Source of the DNA: an uncultured Gammaproteobacteria bacterium
GTDB taxonomy: Bacteria; Patescibacteriota; Microgenomatia; JAMCZE01
Assembly (NCBI GenBank): GCA_964576435.1
Contig: CAZNUP010000001.1
Coordinates: 162,345 to 226,344 of the forward strand
Length of the DNA: 64,000 bases
Direction: 5' to 3'
The position numbers were made by a program, and so were the translations under genes. Numbering within the stretch: position 1 is the stretch's first letter; each line of letters opens with the position of its first letter. Under the pieces are notes generated by a model. The model was not told the origin of the DNA. It saw nothing but the letters and a program-made list of their open reading frames with translations, and made no database searches. Positions 47,514 through 57,079 of this stretch are shown here, in pieces.

Positions 47514-47960
47514 ATGGAAAATAAAAATTTAAACCCTTCAGATATTTTACAAAAAATAGTCAATTCGCTTGGGTATGCCCAGAAAGAAAAAGAAAATATT
47601 CTTGCGGGCTTTCGGGTTTTATGTACTAATAGACTAGGAGAATCAATGTCTGACTATTTGAAGGGAATTCCCCAATCTGAAAACTTGACAAAACTGTTTA
47701 CGGGTGACTATATAGATGAGGAAATATTTGTCAAACAAGTTTCAAATCTGCTTTCTTCGGAAGAAAATTATAAAATAGATAAAGATAAAATTTTATCTTT
47801 GTATGTTAACTCTATTATGTCGTCATTTGTAGATGTACTGGGTGTTATTGAGGAAACTGCAAATTCGGAAGAGAAAATGGTTATCCGAAAAATTTTGTCC
47901 GAAAACAAGTTAACTCAAGAGTTATTCCAATTATGGCAGGAGAATCACAAATCACTTTAG
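47514..47960 (+). CDS. Hypothetical protein
   Basis: 148-aa ORF. Confidence 0.65.
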   Translation: MENKNLNPSDILQKIVNSLGYAQKEKENILAGFRVLCTNRLGESMSDYLKGIPQSENLTKLFTGDYIDEEIFVKQVSNLLSSEENYKIDKDKILSLYVNSIMSSFVDVLGVIEETANSEEKMVIRKILSENKLTQELFQLWQENHKSL

Positions 47961-50038
47961 GAAACCGATGGGAGCGTGTACCTGTTCCCTCAATAAAAGA
48001 AAAAGGTCTTGAAGCATGGCCGATAAAGCCTTTGAAGGAACTTGTTGGAGAGAATCCGATCCCTCAAAACGAATCAACCTCTCCAATAGCGATTAGAAGA
48101 AGCTTAGATATTTCTGTGGGTGATGCACTATTAAATACAGGAAATAACGATGATCTATCGAAAGTAATAAGCTCCGCTATTTCAGATTTCTCAGAGCTAC
48201 CAGTTGACTGGATTCAGACAGTTCGAAAAGTATCTCAAGAAGTTGGGGAAAGTAAGGCAGATTTAATTCGGCTTTCAGCTCATAATATGGAGGAGTTGGG
48301 GAGGGTGGCTCAAAGAAAAGTAAACATGGGGGAGAACCCTGAGAAGGAGCAAATTCAAAATTTTCTCCAGAGCGAGGTCAGTACAGTCAAACGAGCAATA
48401 GAATCCGGAGAATGGTTGTTCAAACCCATTTCTGGAGGCTCGACACCATGGATTGAAGACCCTGGAGGAATGCTGGATACAATAAATGCAGACTTGGCAG
48501 CATCTGCAGGTAATCCGGATGAGGTGCGTACCTTACAGACAGTTAAGAGAATATTTAGCGATTATAATGACGACATTGATCCAACAACTGAAACAGCAAG
48601 AAGCTTAGATGTTTTAAGAGAACAATTAAGTCAGGCTAAAGTGACAAAACCCGATATTATAGAACACTATTTAGATCAGGTTTCTGCTTATCGAAGAGCC
48701 AATAGACCTGCCCTAGATGCTGTTCAAGGTGCTTTAAACGCAGAAGCTCGCAGCGCATCAGGGATTATTACTTCAGAAATGGCTGAAGATAGATTTAATA
48801 GGTCTCCAGATAAAGTGGGGTACGTGCGAGCTAGGATAGACTGGATTAGAGGGATTTATAAAAGTCCGGATGAATTTCGAGGTACACACTTTGTCCCATA
48901 CGAAGAACTTGTGAACGCCGAAGCAGCAATTCAGGCCTATTCCCCTCGTCTTTGGTTGGAAGAGCAATACACTTTCCCCATGATTTCGGTTGGTATGGTG
49001 GCTCGCGGTGCAAACGAAATGACTGATATACTGCAGCAGGCCGGTAAGTGGACAGCTGAATTTTTCCAAACAATGACCAGACTTCCTTTGACTCAGGCAG
49101 CGACTGGTAGCAATGTTGAGGCAGTAGCCAAGGGTTTTTCTCTTTTGGAGCGGTACAAGGTGGAGTATATGCGTCTCCCTAGAGAAAACAAAAGTGAACT
49201 TATAAATGTTGTTTCTTGGATGATCCACGGCTATTCTGAAGCTGACTCTCGAGCGCGAGCTGCAGCCAACATGAAAGCGCCCTATTTTTCAGCAGCTATG
49301 GATGCAGAAGATCTTTGGCTAGGGACTTTAAGAGGCATAGTTCCTGCCAAATCTGGGACCGATGTATTAAGAGAAAGTATTGTCTACCCTGCATACAGGC
49401 TTGCTAATATTCAATCATCAGTCAAAGCAAATCCAGAAGTTTTAAGATTTTTTAAAGAAGAAGGCAATAAATATGTTGATCCTTTTTTTGTTGACTTTTG
49501 GACCTATTTAGCTTTCTCTAAGCCTGAGAGAATAGGTTTGCCAACAGGGATGCTTCAAAGAACCCCAAGTGGGGGGTATAGGATGGAGAATAATTTACAG
49601 AATGTTAATATCGCCTCAATAAATTTCCAAGCAGACATGAAGCCAAACCAATTTTTTAGTAAGTACCTTGCTTACGCGACCAATGCAGATAAATTCAGAG
49701 CCTTAGCAGAAAAGGGCGGTGTTTTTACAAATCCGAGAGACATGGAAGTCCTATCTAAACACATTGCTGATGGGCTATGGAATAAACAGGATTATGGTGA
49801 AGAAGGGGAGATTGGCGAGCTAAGGGCAGCGGCTATTTGCAATGTGGCCGAAGGGATAGTTGAGTTTAATAAAAGAAGTTTTAATAGTCCTGCAAAAAGA
49901 GATATAAAGGGAAGTTGGCCTGATCAATGGGATCATAAAACTATCAAAAATCAATTAAACAAGTTAACGGCGCCACCATTTAATATAAGTCCCAATAGTA
50001 GGGTATTTAACCGCCTCAAGAAAAAGTACGCTGTTTGA
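47933..50038 (+). CDS. Large hypothetical protein
   Basis: 701-aa ORF, no motif recognised. Confidence 0.75.
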   Translation: MAGESQITLGNRWERVPVPSIKEKGLEAWPIKPLKELVGENPIPQNESTSPIAIRRSLDISVGDALLNTGNNDDLSKVISSAISDFSELPVDWIQTVRKVSQEVGESKADLIRLSAHNMEELGRVAQRKVNMGENPEKEQIQNFLQSEVSTVKRAIESGEWLFKPISGGSTPWIEDPGGMLDTINADLAASAGNPDEVRTLQTVKRIFSDYNDDIDPTTETARSLDVLREQLSQAKVTKPDIIEHYLDQVSAYRRANRPALDAVQGALNAEARSASGIITSEMAEDRFNRSPDKVGYVRARIDWIRGIYKSPDEFRGTHFVPYEELVNAEAAIQAYSPRLWLEEQYTFPMISVGMVARGANEMTDILQQAGKWTAEFFQTMTRLPLTQAATGSNVEAVAKGFSLLERYKVEYMRLPRENKSELINVVSWMIHGYSEADSRARAAANMKAPYFSAAMDAEDLWLGTLRGIVPAKSGTDVLRESIVYPAYRLANIQSSVKANPEVLRFFKEEGNKYVDPFFVDFWTYLAFSKPERIGLPTGMLQRTPSGGYRMENNLQNVNIASINFQADMKPNQFFSKYLAYATNADKFRALAEKGGVFTNPRDMEVLSKHIADGLWNKQDYGEEGEIGELRAAAICNVAEGIVEFNKRSFNSPAKRDIKGSWPDQWDHKTIKNQLNKLTAPPFNISPNSRVFNRLKKKYAV

Positions 50039-50049
50039 AATTTACCTCT

Positions 50050-51708
50050 TTATTTAATTTGCCCTTTTGAAGGTAGGTTTCTCAAGAGAATATTAGGTTT
50101 ATTGGATGTGGGTTTATTGGGAAGTGGAGTACCTCTTAAATCGGCCTTTATTTTCTCTTGACTGTAGGTCTCCCATTCTTTGGCAGATTTACCTACCAAT
50201 TCTCCGTAGCCATAAGAATATGCCCTTCCCCCAGTATTATTCCATCCGAACTTAACCGCTTCAGTCCAAGCACCTGCCCACTTAAATGCTGGAGCCTTGA
50301 ATGTTTGCTGTAGAATCTCTAAAGCCTTTGGAATTGTAAGTAAAATGCCAATTCCAATTAAAGCTTGAATAGCTTGTTGATTGTTTCCACCAATTAAGGG
50401 TGGAACAAATCCTTGCCCTTCTGGCCCAATCCATTGAGGTCCATTAGGACCAGCTAAGGCTAGAGCAACGAACATCATGCCGATAACAAGAGGGAAAGTC
50501 ATAAGGTTTGCGAGAAGTGTCCTGACCCATGCCTGAAATTGATTTTGTCCAGGAACAGCGTCAAGCATAAGCTGTAGAGGAGCAAAAATGATCGCTAAAA
50601 TAATATTCACATATGCTCCCAAAAGAACAAGCCATGTTTTGAAAAGTGCCCAAAGTATGGCAATTGCTACAATCAAAAATCCAAGGCTTCCGCCAACTGC
50701 TCCAAGAATTACGCCAGTCCCCCCACTAACACCCACGTTTCCAAGGAATTGGATAATAATTGCGTTAATAGCATAAAACGCACTCAAGCTCACTCCAACT
50801 CCGCCATTAATTCCACCTCCTAAGAAAAATGAAAAAATTGTCTGTCCACTAAGTAGATTTTGTTTAATACTATCTACCTGGCTAGACATGCCACCTATTG
50901 ATGACAGAACTGCCAAAAATAGATTGATCATTACGTACATTATGTCGATTAAAAATCCAGCAATGGCATAAGAAAAAGTCACCAATATTAATGCCATAAC
51001 AATTTTAGGTAAAGCCGTCTGAACTGTCGCAACAGTTTTTGGATCTATTTTAAATCGAAGCATAATCATAATACCGACTGCCACAAAAATAACGGCAAAT
51101 ATTACATATGCGACATTTCTAAATGCAGTCCAAATTTGAAGTACTGGTTGTAAACTAGTAAATCCCACACCGCCCACAGTTGCTGCGTAAGCTGGTTCTG
51201 TTCCAGGGACCTGAATCCGTGATGCGATATAGTTTGTAAAATCAGCTCCTGACGCGGGTTTTGTCGAAGCCATATAAACAATGCCGTTTCCAAACATACT
51301 AATTGCTCCAGGAACAAATCCGGTAGTTTTTTGCCCTGTTGCAGTCGTGACTGTCTTGGGATACCCACTGATTGCAAGTCCAGCTCCTCCCATGACGGGT
51401 CCGGTTAGCCATCCCATTGCCCAGCATTGTTGATTGGTGGGAAAGCAATTCTCAAATGCCTGAATCATGGTTTCAGGTGTTTGTATTTCTGGATTTTGTG
51501 AGAGAGTGCCCGTCACACTACCCGGTGCAATAGGCGCAGCAAACACTGGCTGTAGAACTCCACAAAAGACAAAAACACCAAAAAGAAGCACACTAAAAAA
51601 CGCCCTTTTCATCACATTTAGAATGTCAAATTTTTGTCCCTTTGTCAACGTTAAAAGGTTACTGAGAAACGTAGACACTGAAGTTTTGAAGAGGATTTGG
51701 AATTCCAA
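50050..51708 (-). CDS. VirB6/TrbL-like polytopic membrane protein (likely start near 51610, MKRAFF)
   Basis: WTAFRNVAY, ALPKIVMALILVTFSYAIAG, IIFAPL. Confidence 0.7.
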   Translation of the reverse strand: MEFQILFKTSVSTFLSNLLTLTKGQKFDILNVMKRAFFSVLLFGVFVFCGVLQPVFAAPIAPGSVTGTLSQNPEIQTPETMIQAFENCFPTNQQCWAMGWLTGPVMGGAGLAISGYPKTVTTATGQKTTGFVPGAISMFGNGIVYMASTKPASGADFTNYIASRIQVPGTEPAYAATVGGVGFTSLQPVLQIWTAFRNVAYVIFAVIFVAVGIMIMLRFKIDPKTVATVQTALPKIVMALILVTFSYAIAGFLIDIMYVMINLFLAVLSSIGGMSSQVDSIKQNLLSGQTIFSFFLGGGINGGVGVSLSAFYAINAIIIQFLGNVGVSGGTGVILGAVGGSLGFLIVAIAILWALFKTWLVLLGAYVNIILAIIFAPLQLMLDAVPGQNQFQAWVRTLLANLMTFPLVIGMMFVALALAGPNGPQWIGPEGQGFVPPLIGGNNQQAIQALIGIGILLTIPKALEILQQTFKAPAFKWAGAWTEAVKFGWNNTGGRAYSYGYGELVGKSAKEWETYSQEKIKADLRGTPLPNKPTSNKPNILLRNLPSKGQIK

Positions 51709-51994
51709 GAAAACTAGCTACTATATTTGAAGCAATAAAGATAAAAAGTGCTGCTACAACCCCAATAATTGCATAGGTAAATGTTTTTTTGCCTTTTTCT
51801 AAAGCTTTAGCGTCACCTCGGGAAATAATAATTTGTAAAATCCCCCACAACATAACAATAAGTGCCACTGCCCCAAGGAACATTATTAGAATTCCAATGA
51901 TGTTGGCAACAACAATTGTTAAACATCCTAGAGAGGGTACTGTGCCATTTGCTAGTTCACAACCAATACTTGGGTCATTTGTAATGCTTGCCAT
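51659..51994 (-). CDS. TrbC/VirB2-like pilin
   Basis: SRGDAKALEKGKKTFTYAIIG. Confidence 0.8.
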   Translation of the reverse strand: MASITNDPSIGCELANGTVPSLGCLTIVVANIIGILIMFLGAVALIVMLWGILQIIISRGDAKALEKGKKTFTYAIIGVVAALFIFIASNIVASFLGIPNPLQNFSVYVSQ

Positions 51995-52010
51995 GCCCTA
52001 TCAGAATACC

Positions 52011-52039
52011 AAAAACCCGCTCGTTTTAAAAGCGGGTTT
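52011..52039 (-). terminator. Intrinsic terminator after the pilin
   Basis: AAACCCGCT/AGCGGGTTT stem with a U tract on the minus strand. Confidence 0.7.
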
Positions 52040-52066
52040 AGGATTTTTCTTCTAAAAAATCAAAAA

Positions 52067-52456
52067 TTACAATTGTGGAACAGTCAAACCTGTTAAGCCA
52101 TTTGATAGTCCAAAGAATGTAAAGATGATGTTGATAAGGACCCAAGAAGCAAGAACAATTGCAAGTCCTACAAGGGCTGCAGTAACTGATGCTTTTGCTT
52201 TCCCAGTTGCTTCTTTGTCACCACCACTAAGTACCCACTTAATACCACCATAAATTAAGTACAAAAGTGCTGCCACAAAGGCCACGAAAAGTCCTACGTT
52301 AACAGCTGTAGTTACAACTACATCTAGTGTTACATTGCAAAGATTAGACGGATCAATTCCCTGTTCTGTTTGGCCGCACAAATCCAATGCATAGGCGGGA
52401 TTGCTGTAGGCTAAAAATGCTGCTGCGGAGCTAAGTCCGATGATTACCTTTTTCAT
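52067..52456 (-). CDS. TrbC/VirB2-like pilin (start corrected to 52456)
   Basis: AAGGAGGTG RBS; GGIKWVLSGGDKEATGKAK. Confidence 0.85.
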   Translation of the reverse strand: MKKVIIGLSSAAAFLAYSNPAYALDLCGQTEQGIDPSNLCNVTLDVVVTTAVNVGLFVAFVAALLYLIYGGIKWVLSGGDKEATGKAKASVTAALVGLAIVLASWVLINIIFTFFGLSNGLTGLTVPQL

Positions 52457-52538
52457 ACACCTCCTTACAAGTTTATTCAATTACTAACTATTACATTAAG
52501 ATTGAATCAGTTGACTTAAAATGTCAAGAACTAAATGG

Positions 52539-52910
52539 TTATATTATCAGTAATTTTACGCCAAAGAAGTTTCCAATTATTGTTAAAATAACAAAAGACG
52601 CAAGAGCTAGTGCAACCCCTAAAAGAGCATAAGTGACTGTGTTTTTTGCTTTTGCAGTTCCTTCTTTGTTTCCGCCACTTGTCATTATCATAATCCCTCC
52701 AATAATTGTAAAAAGTAAACCTGCTGAGAATATTAAAAATAAAAGCAATGAAATAACAGAAGGAACAGCACTATTCACAATGAAATCCAAACCTCCCCCA
52801 GGCGGCAGAATTCCAGGAGGTGCAATTGAATTGATCCATGTGCTTGGTGGTGCGACTGAATCACCAACAGCATAAACAGGTCTTGGTATAAAAATATTTA
52901 ATATGTTCAT
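52539..52910 (-). CDS. TrbC/VirB2-like pilin
   Basis: TSGGNKEGTAKAKNTVTYALLG. Confidence 0.82.
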   Translation of the reverse strand: MNILNIFIPRPVYAVGDSVAPPSTWINSIAPPGILPPGGGLDFIVNSAVPSVISLLLFLIFSAGLLFTIIGGIMIMTSGGNKEGTAKAKNTVTYALLGVALALASFVILTIIGNFFGVKLLII

Positions 52911-52912
52911 AT

Positions 52913-53797
52913 TTAAAAAAGCCCTGGAATACTAATTATATTTGCTCCAACAACTTGTAGTAGTACCAATGAAAACACTATCAATATTAATCCAGTTAAG
53001 ATCGAAGTAATATTTTCTCGAACTGCCTGCAATTTCTGAGGATCACCAGATGATACCATTAGTGTATAAGCAGTAATTAATGACATTAATAGAATTACAC
53101 CTCCAGCAATACCTAACGCCCATTTCATTAAAAATCCGCCTGCATCTTCAATTGTTCCAGTAGGAATACACCCGATAGCCGTTTGAACCCCCTCCTCTGT
53201 GCCACTAATGCACCCAGTCATAAGGTCCCATCCAGAATTGGCAGCCTGTACACAAGTTTGCGTTTTTTGGTCATAAACCTTACCAGCATTAAAATCGCAT
53301 GCAGTTGTTGGGCTGGTTGCAGTAGAGTTTTTGACTTCCTCAACAATTACCGCACATGACCGTAGATCGTTTCTCTCTAGTGCTGCCGAGGCTCCTCTGC
53401 ACAAGCCATCTTCACAACAATATTTTTCAAGTTCCGAAACTTCCGCCTTTGTGCAGTTAACTCTTAGCAAAGGATTAAAAAAAAGTATATTTGTTTGTCC
53501 TAGGGGGCAGGCGGGGACAGAGCCAGGAACAACACATTTATAGCCATCACATGTCTCTCCGGGACTGCATTGTAGGTTAATGGCTTTGTCCCATCCGGAA
53601 AGTGGTCGGCAGGCTGCCACATTGATTCCTCCAGCTTGAGCTAAAATAGGATAACATTTTGGCTGACTATCACCGCTGCATGCGTTTGCTACCATGCCAG
53701 TTGGACAACACAACTTGTCAGCAGCCTCTACATAGGATGGCGTGGCTGTTACTTTAAAAATTAAAATGAAAAGTAATAGGACTAAAACCTTTTTCAT
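52913..53797 (-). CDS. Cys-rich extended TrbC/VirB2-like pilin
   Basis: TAIGCIP, SSGDPQKLQAVRE. Confidence 0.8.
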   Translation of the reverse strand: MKKVLVLLLFILIFKVTATPSYVEAADKLCCPTGMVANACSGDSQPKCYPILAQAGGINVAACRPLSGWDKAINLQCSPGETCDGYKCVVPGSVPACPLGQTNILFFNPLLRVNCTKAEVSELEKYCCEDGLCRGASAALERNDLRSCAVIVEEVKNSTATSPTTACDFNAGKVYDQKTQTCVQAANSGWDLMTGCISGTEEGVQTAIGCIPTGTIEDAGGFLMKWALGIAGGVILLMSLITAYTLMVSSGDPQKLQAVRENITSILTGLILIVFSLVLLQVVGANIISIPGLF

Positions 53798-53815
53798 GAA
53801 TTCAGAATATCATAC

Positions 53816-56800
53816 CTAATGTGGTGTTTGTTCACTTGTTGAACCAGTTCCCGCCGGTTGTCCCTCAAATCTAAGAACTTGCTTAACAAAATTTGTTGCA
53901 TTCCAAAAACCTCCCAGTTTATAGAAAAAAAGTTTCCACCCTGTTTCTTTGTGTCCCGTGTCGTCAATTGAAAGACCACTTGAATTAGCTACCTGATAAT
54001 AAACATTATCGGTGCTTGCTGGAATTGGGTCAAAAGCTTTGTCAGCTTCTTCTTTGGACCTCAATACTTCAGTTTGTTCTTTAAATACTCGCAAGAATCC
54101 AACTGCTCCAATGGTGTTCTCTGCAATATCAAATAAATGGGGGAACACTGTCCTAACTTGAACAGTCTCATCAAAATTTTGTACACCAGGTTTTAGTGAC
54201 CCACCCGCTTTGTCTTGTTGGGCACATCGAATTTCACCGGCCGGTCCAACTGTGCAAATTTCTGAATCTGATGTTTCACTGATAGAGTCAACTTTGCATT
54301 CAACCGCCCGCTCATATTCGGACAACCCTGCTACAGGATTACCAAGTTTTGGATCGAGTTGGTAATTGGTTCCATCAATTCGTAAAGTTTTAGTTTCGTC
54401 ATACATTACGTTAGGTGACTTGCTATAAAAGTCTTCCCAATCCCTTGGTCCACAAGCATTTGGGCTAATATATTTCTTTGGATCTAACTCCTTTCCATAA
54501 GTTGGAAGGTTTTTTTGTAAAACCGCCGGATCAGCGCTTGTTATCAAACTCTCTCGAAGTTCCATGTCCTGCCTTGGCATAAGAGCGTTTTGGATTGCAT
54601 CAGTTACTAAAGCTAACCTTTGGACTTCTGGGACAGATACGTAAACTGGTCCATATTTTGCACTTTTTCCGTCATTCGTTTTAAATTTCTCTTGTCCAGT
54701 AATACTGTTATCTGCCATAACGCCAAAAACACTTGGTGCTATAAACTGGATTTCTCCTTGAGAAGCATCATTGGGAAATAATGGTACAGCATACCAATAG
54801 TTGCCAAATTCTTTTTCCCATGCGGTGTATAAGTCTCCATTACTTTTTTCGGGCGGGCAAGAGATTTGAGTTATATTCTTCCCAAATACCTGAAACTCCT
54901 TCCCTGTATAACTATATGATCCATCTGCGCCCTTTATTCTTTCAAGGTATTTTGTATTTTGCTCATTAATTTTGCGGTCTTTAACATACTGTATAAATTC
55001 ACACTTGAGTCTGTCCTGAGTGTCATTATCTAGAATTTTTCGAGCTACCCCAGATTGGTCCCATACTTTTTGCATTGTCTGTTGTGCTTTTTGGGGATCT
55101 CTTAAGTCTTGTTGCAACTTATCTAAATCCTCCTCACTTTGATGTTCGGCATCAAAGACTCCCGCAAAGTAGTCACCAAGCTTGGCTGCAAATGGTAAAA
55201 AGAATGAATTACTTCCATCTTTACCTTTAACTTCAATTTTGGCTCTGCAATTAGCATCTGTTAAACAGGCTCCAACAGTGGTTGTAATTTGTCCAATCTG
55301 TAAGTGCTCTCCCATTTGAATAGGTTGCCCACATTCTGAAACACACCTTGCCTTCTCGTTATAGGTTGGTACACAAGCTGGTAGTCCTTGAATATTTTCT
55401 TGAACAGTTTGGTTCTTATTGGGAGATTTTCCAATATGCTCATAATATTTCAGGCAGTACCCAAAAGTTACTTGGTCTTTTGGTGGTATTTCATTGAGTG
55501 GCACACAGGCATTACTTTGCATTCCCTTATAAACTTTCTGCCACAATTGGTAAATTGGATTATTGGTGCCATCATCAGCTTGTCCCATGCAAAATCCTAT
55601 GATGCTTCTTCCGTAATTTCCCGTCTTATCAGCCCCTCCTCCGCAATCATATCCTCCTTTAGAAACAAAGTCGGGTAGGGAGTCTGGATAACAAAGCCTA
55701 TGGAGTTCTTCACCCGTACACCAATCTCCCCTCATATTATCTTTGTCAATCAGTGATGGGTCGTGACAATATTTGGGTTCCTCGTGTGGGATAATTCCAC
55801 AGGAGTTTGAAACTGGTCCCAAATTTGTCCCATCACCAAACTTAGAATCCACAGCAATTTCTGGAGGACAAACTTGAATTGATCCAAGTGGTGGGTAAGA
55901 TGGGATATCTGAATTAGCCCCCAAGGTAGTGCCAGATTTATGGCTTGTTGATCCTCCGAGGTTAACTGATGCCTGATTATATTCACCTGATGCAACAAGT
56001 TGTCCATTTGCATTAGTTACGTAGTAGTAAGCGTGTATTTTTCCATCAGCATCTCTTACATAAGTCGTTACAACATCAAGCTGATTTCCATGGGGAGTCG
56101 ATAGTAGGGCTTCATAGAACTCCCACAATTTTTTGTCTATTCCTGGCTCAAATACCCCTCCAGGAATACCAAGTTCAGAAATGAGCAAAGGTTTACTGCT
56201 AACATCTTTGAAACCAGATCTACTTAACGTCAAAATTTCGTTTTCAAAATCAGTTTTGATAGTGTCAGCACTTGGTCCAATTACTATAAAAGTGTATGCT
56301 CCAATATTTTCTTTTATCCAGGTATCTACTCTATTTGCTTTTGTTCCAGGAACTAAAGTTTTTAAAGTTTGATAAACACTTGTCATAAAGGCGTCAGGAT
56401 TAAGTCCCGCCCCAGATGAAGAACATCCATTTGCTCCCGGTGTAGTATTTCCACAATAAGAAAGTGGTGACATTGATGGTTCAAAATTTTTCGCAGCTGT
56501 TGCAAATTCATAAAAAGCCTTGGCATAAGTTACTGGGTTTGCAGTACCACCCCATTCATTGTTTAAATTAGCTTCATTTCCAAAGTAAGCAAAGGGTGTG
56601 TGATTTTTGGGGAATGGTTTTTCAAGGGCTCCAATTGCATTATTTAATGCGATAGCATTTGCTTTTGCTGTCTCAGTGTCTATTGAGTCCCATTCGTCTC
56701 CCGCGTTGTCAGACGCCACGCGGATTACGACCTGGATCTTCTGTTCCTGTGCTGTTTTGAAAAACAAATCTAATTGTTCTTGATTAGCTAAATCAGGTCC

Positions 56801-57031
56801 TCTGAATAGAAACGATCCCGAAATCCAGCACTCAGCGGATCCTCCCGCATTTTTATAACCATTCCTAAGATTTACCAGTACATTGGGATCTATATTAGTA
56901 ATCAAGTGATTACCAAGAACTGGGCATTTATCATTTGGTGAAGCAGCCTGAGCATCGATTATTGATTTACCAATTCCTCCAATAATAAGGACAACCAAAA
57001 CAATTGCCAGGATTTTCGCCAGCCTTTTCAT
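53816..57031 (-). CDS. Large exported protein with glycoside-hydrolase-like N-terminal domain and Cys-rich region
   Basis: Signal anchor; FGNEAN and LLISELG resemble clan GH-A catalytic motifs. Confidence 0.65.
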   Translation of the reverse strand: MKRLAKILAIVLVVLIIGGIGKSIIDAQAASPNDKCPVLGNHLITNIDPNVLVNLRNGYKNAGGSAECWISGSFLFRGPDLANQEQLDLFFKTAQEQKIQVVIRVASDNAGDEWDSIDTETAKANAIALNNAIGALEKPFPKNHTPFAYFGNEANLNNEWGGTANPVTYAKAFYEFATAAKNFEPSMSPLSYCGNTTPGANGCSSSGAGLNPDAFMTSVYQTLKTLVPGTKANRVDTWIKENIGAYTFIVIGPSADTIKTDFENEILTLSRSGFKDVSSKPLLISELGIPGGVFEPGIDKKLWEFYEALLSTPHGNQLDVVTTYVRDADGKIHAYYYVTNANGQLVASGEYNQASVNLGGSTSHKSGTTLGANSDIPSYPPLGSIQVCPPEIAVDSKFGDGTNLGPVSNSCGIIPHEEPKYCHDPSLIDKDNMRGDWCTGEELHRLCYPDSLPDFVSKGGYDCGGGADKTGNYGRSIIGFCMGQADDGTNNPIYQLWQKVYKGMQSNACVPLNEIPPKDQVTFGYCLKYYEHIGKSPNKNQTVQENIQGLPACVPTYNEKARCVSECGQPIQMGEHLQIGQITTTVGACLTDANCRAKIEVKGKDGSNSFFLPFAAKLGDYFAGVFDAEHQSEEDLDKLQQDLRDPQKAQQTMQKVWDQSGVARKILDNDTQDRLKCEFIQYVKDRKINEQNTKYLERIKGADGSYSYTGKEFQVFGKNITQISCPPEKSNGDLYTAWEKEFGNYWYAVPLFPNDASQGEIQFIAPSVFGVMADNSITGQEKFKTNDGKSAKYGPVYVSVPEVQRLALVTDAIQNALMPRQDMELRESLITSADPAVLQKNLPTYGKELDPKKYISPNACGPRDWEDFYSKSPNVMYDETKTLRIDGTNYQLDPKLGNPVAGLSEYERAVECKVDSISETSDSEICTVGPAGEIRCAQQDKAGGSLKPGVQNFDETVQVRTVFPHLFDIAENTIGAVGFLRVFKEQTEVLRSKEEADKAFDPIPASTDNVYYQVANSSGLSIDDTGHKETGWKLFFYKLGGFWNATNFVKQVLRFEGQPAGTGSTSEQTPH

Positions 57032-57079
57032 GAAGTTCAGAATATCAAAAATGAAGTTGTCTAGCTATCCGGGAACTTT

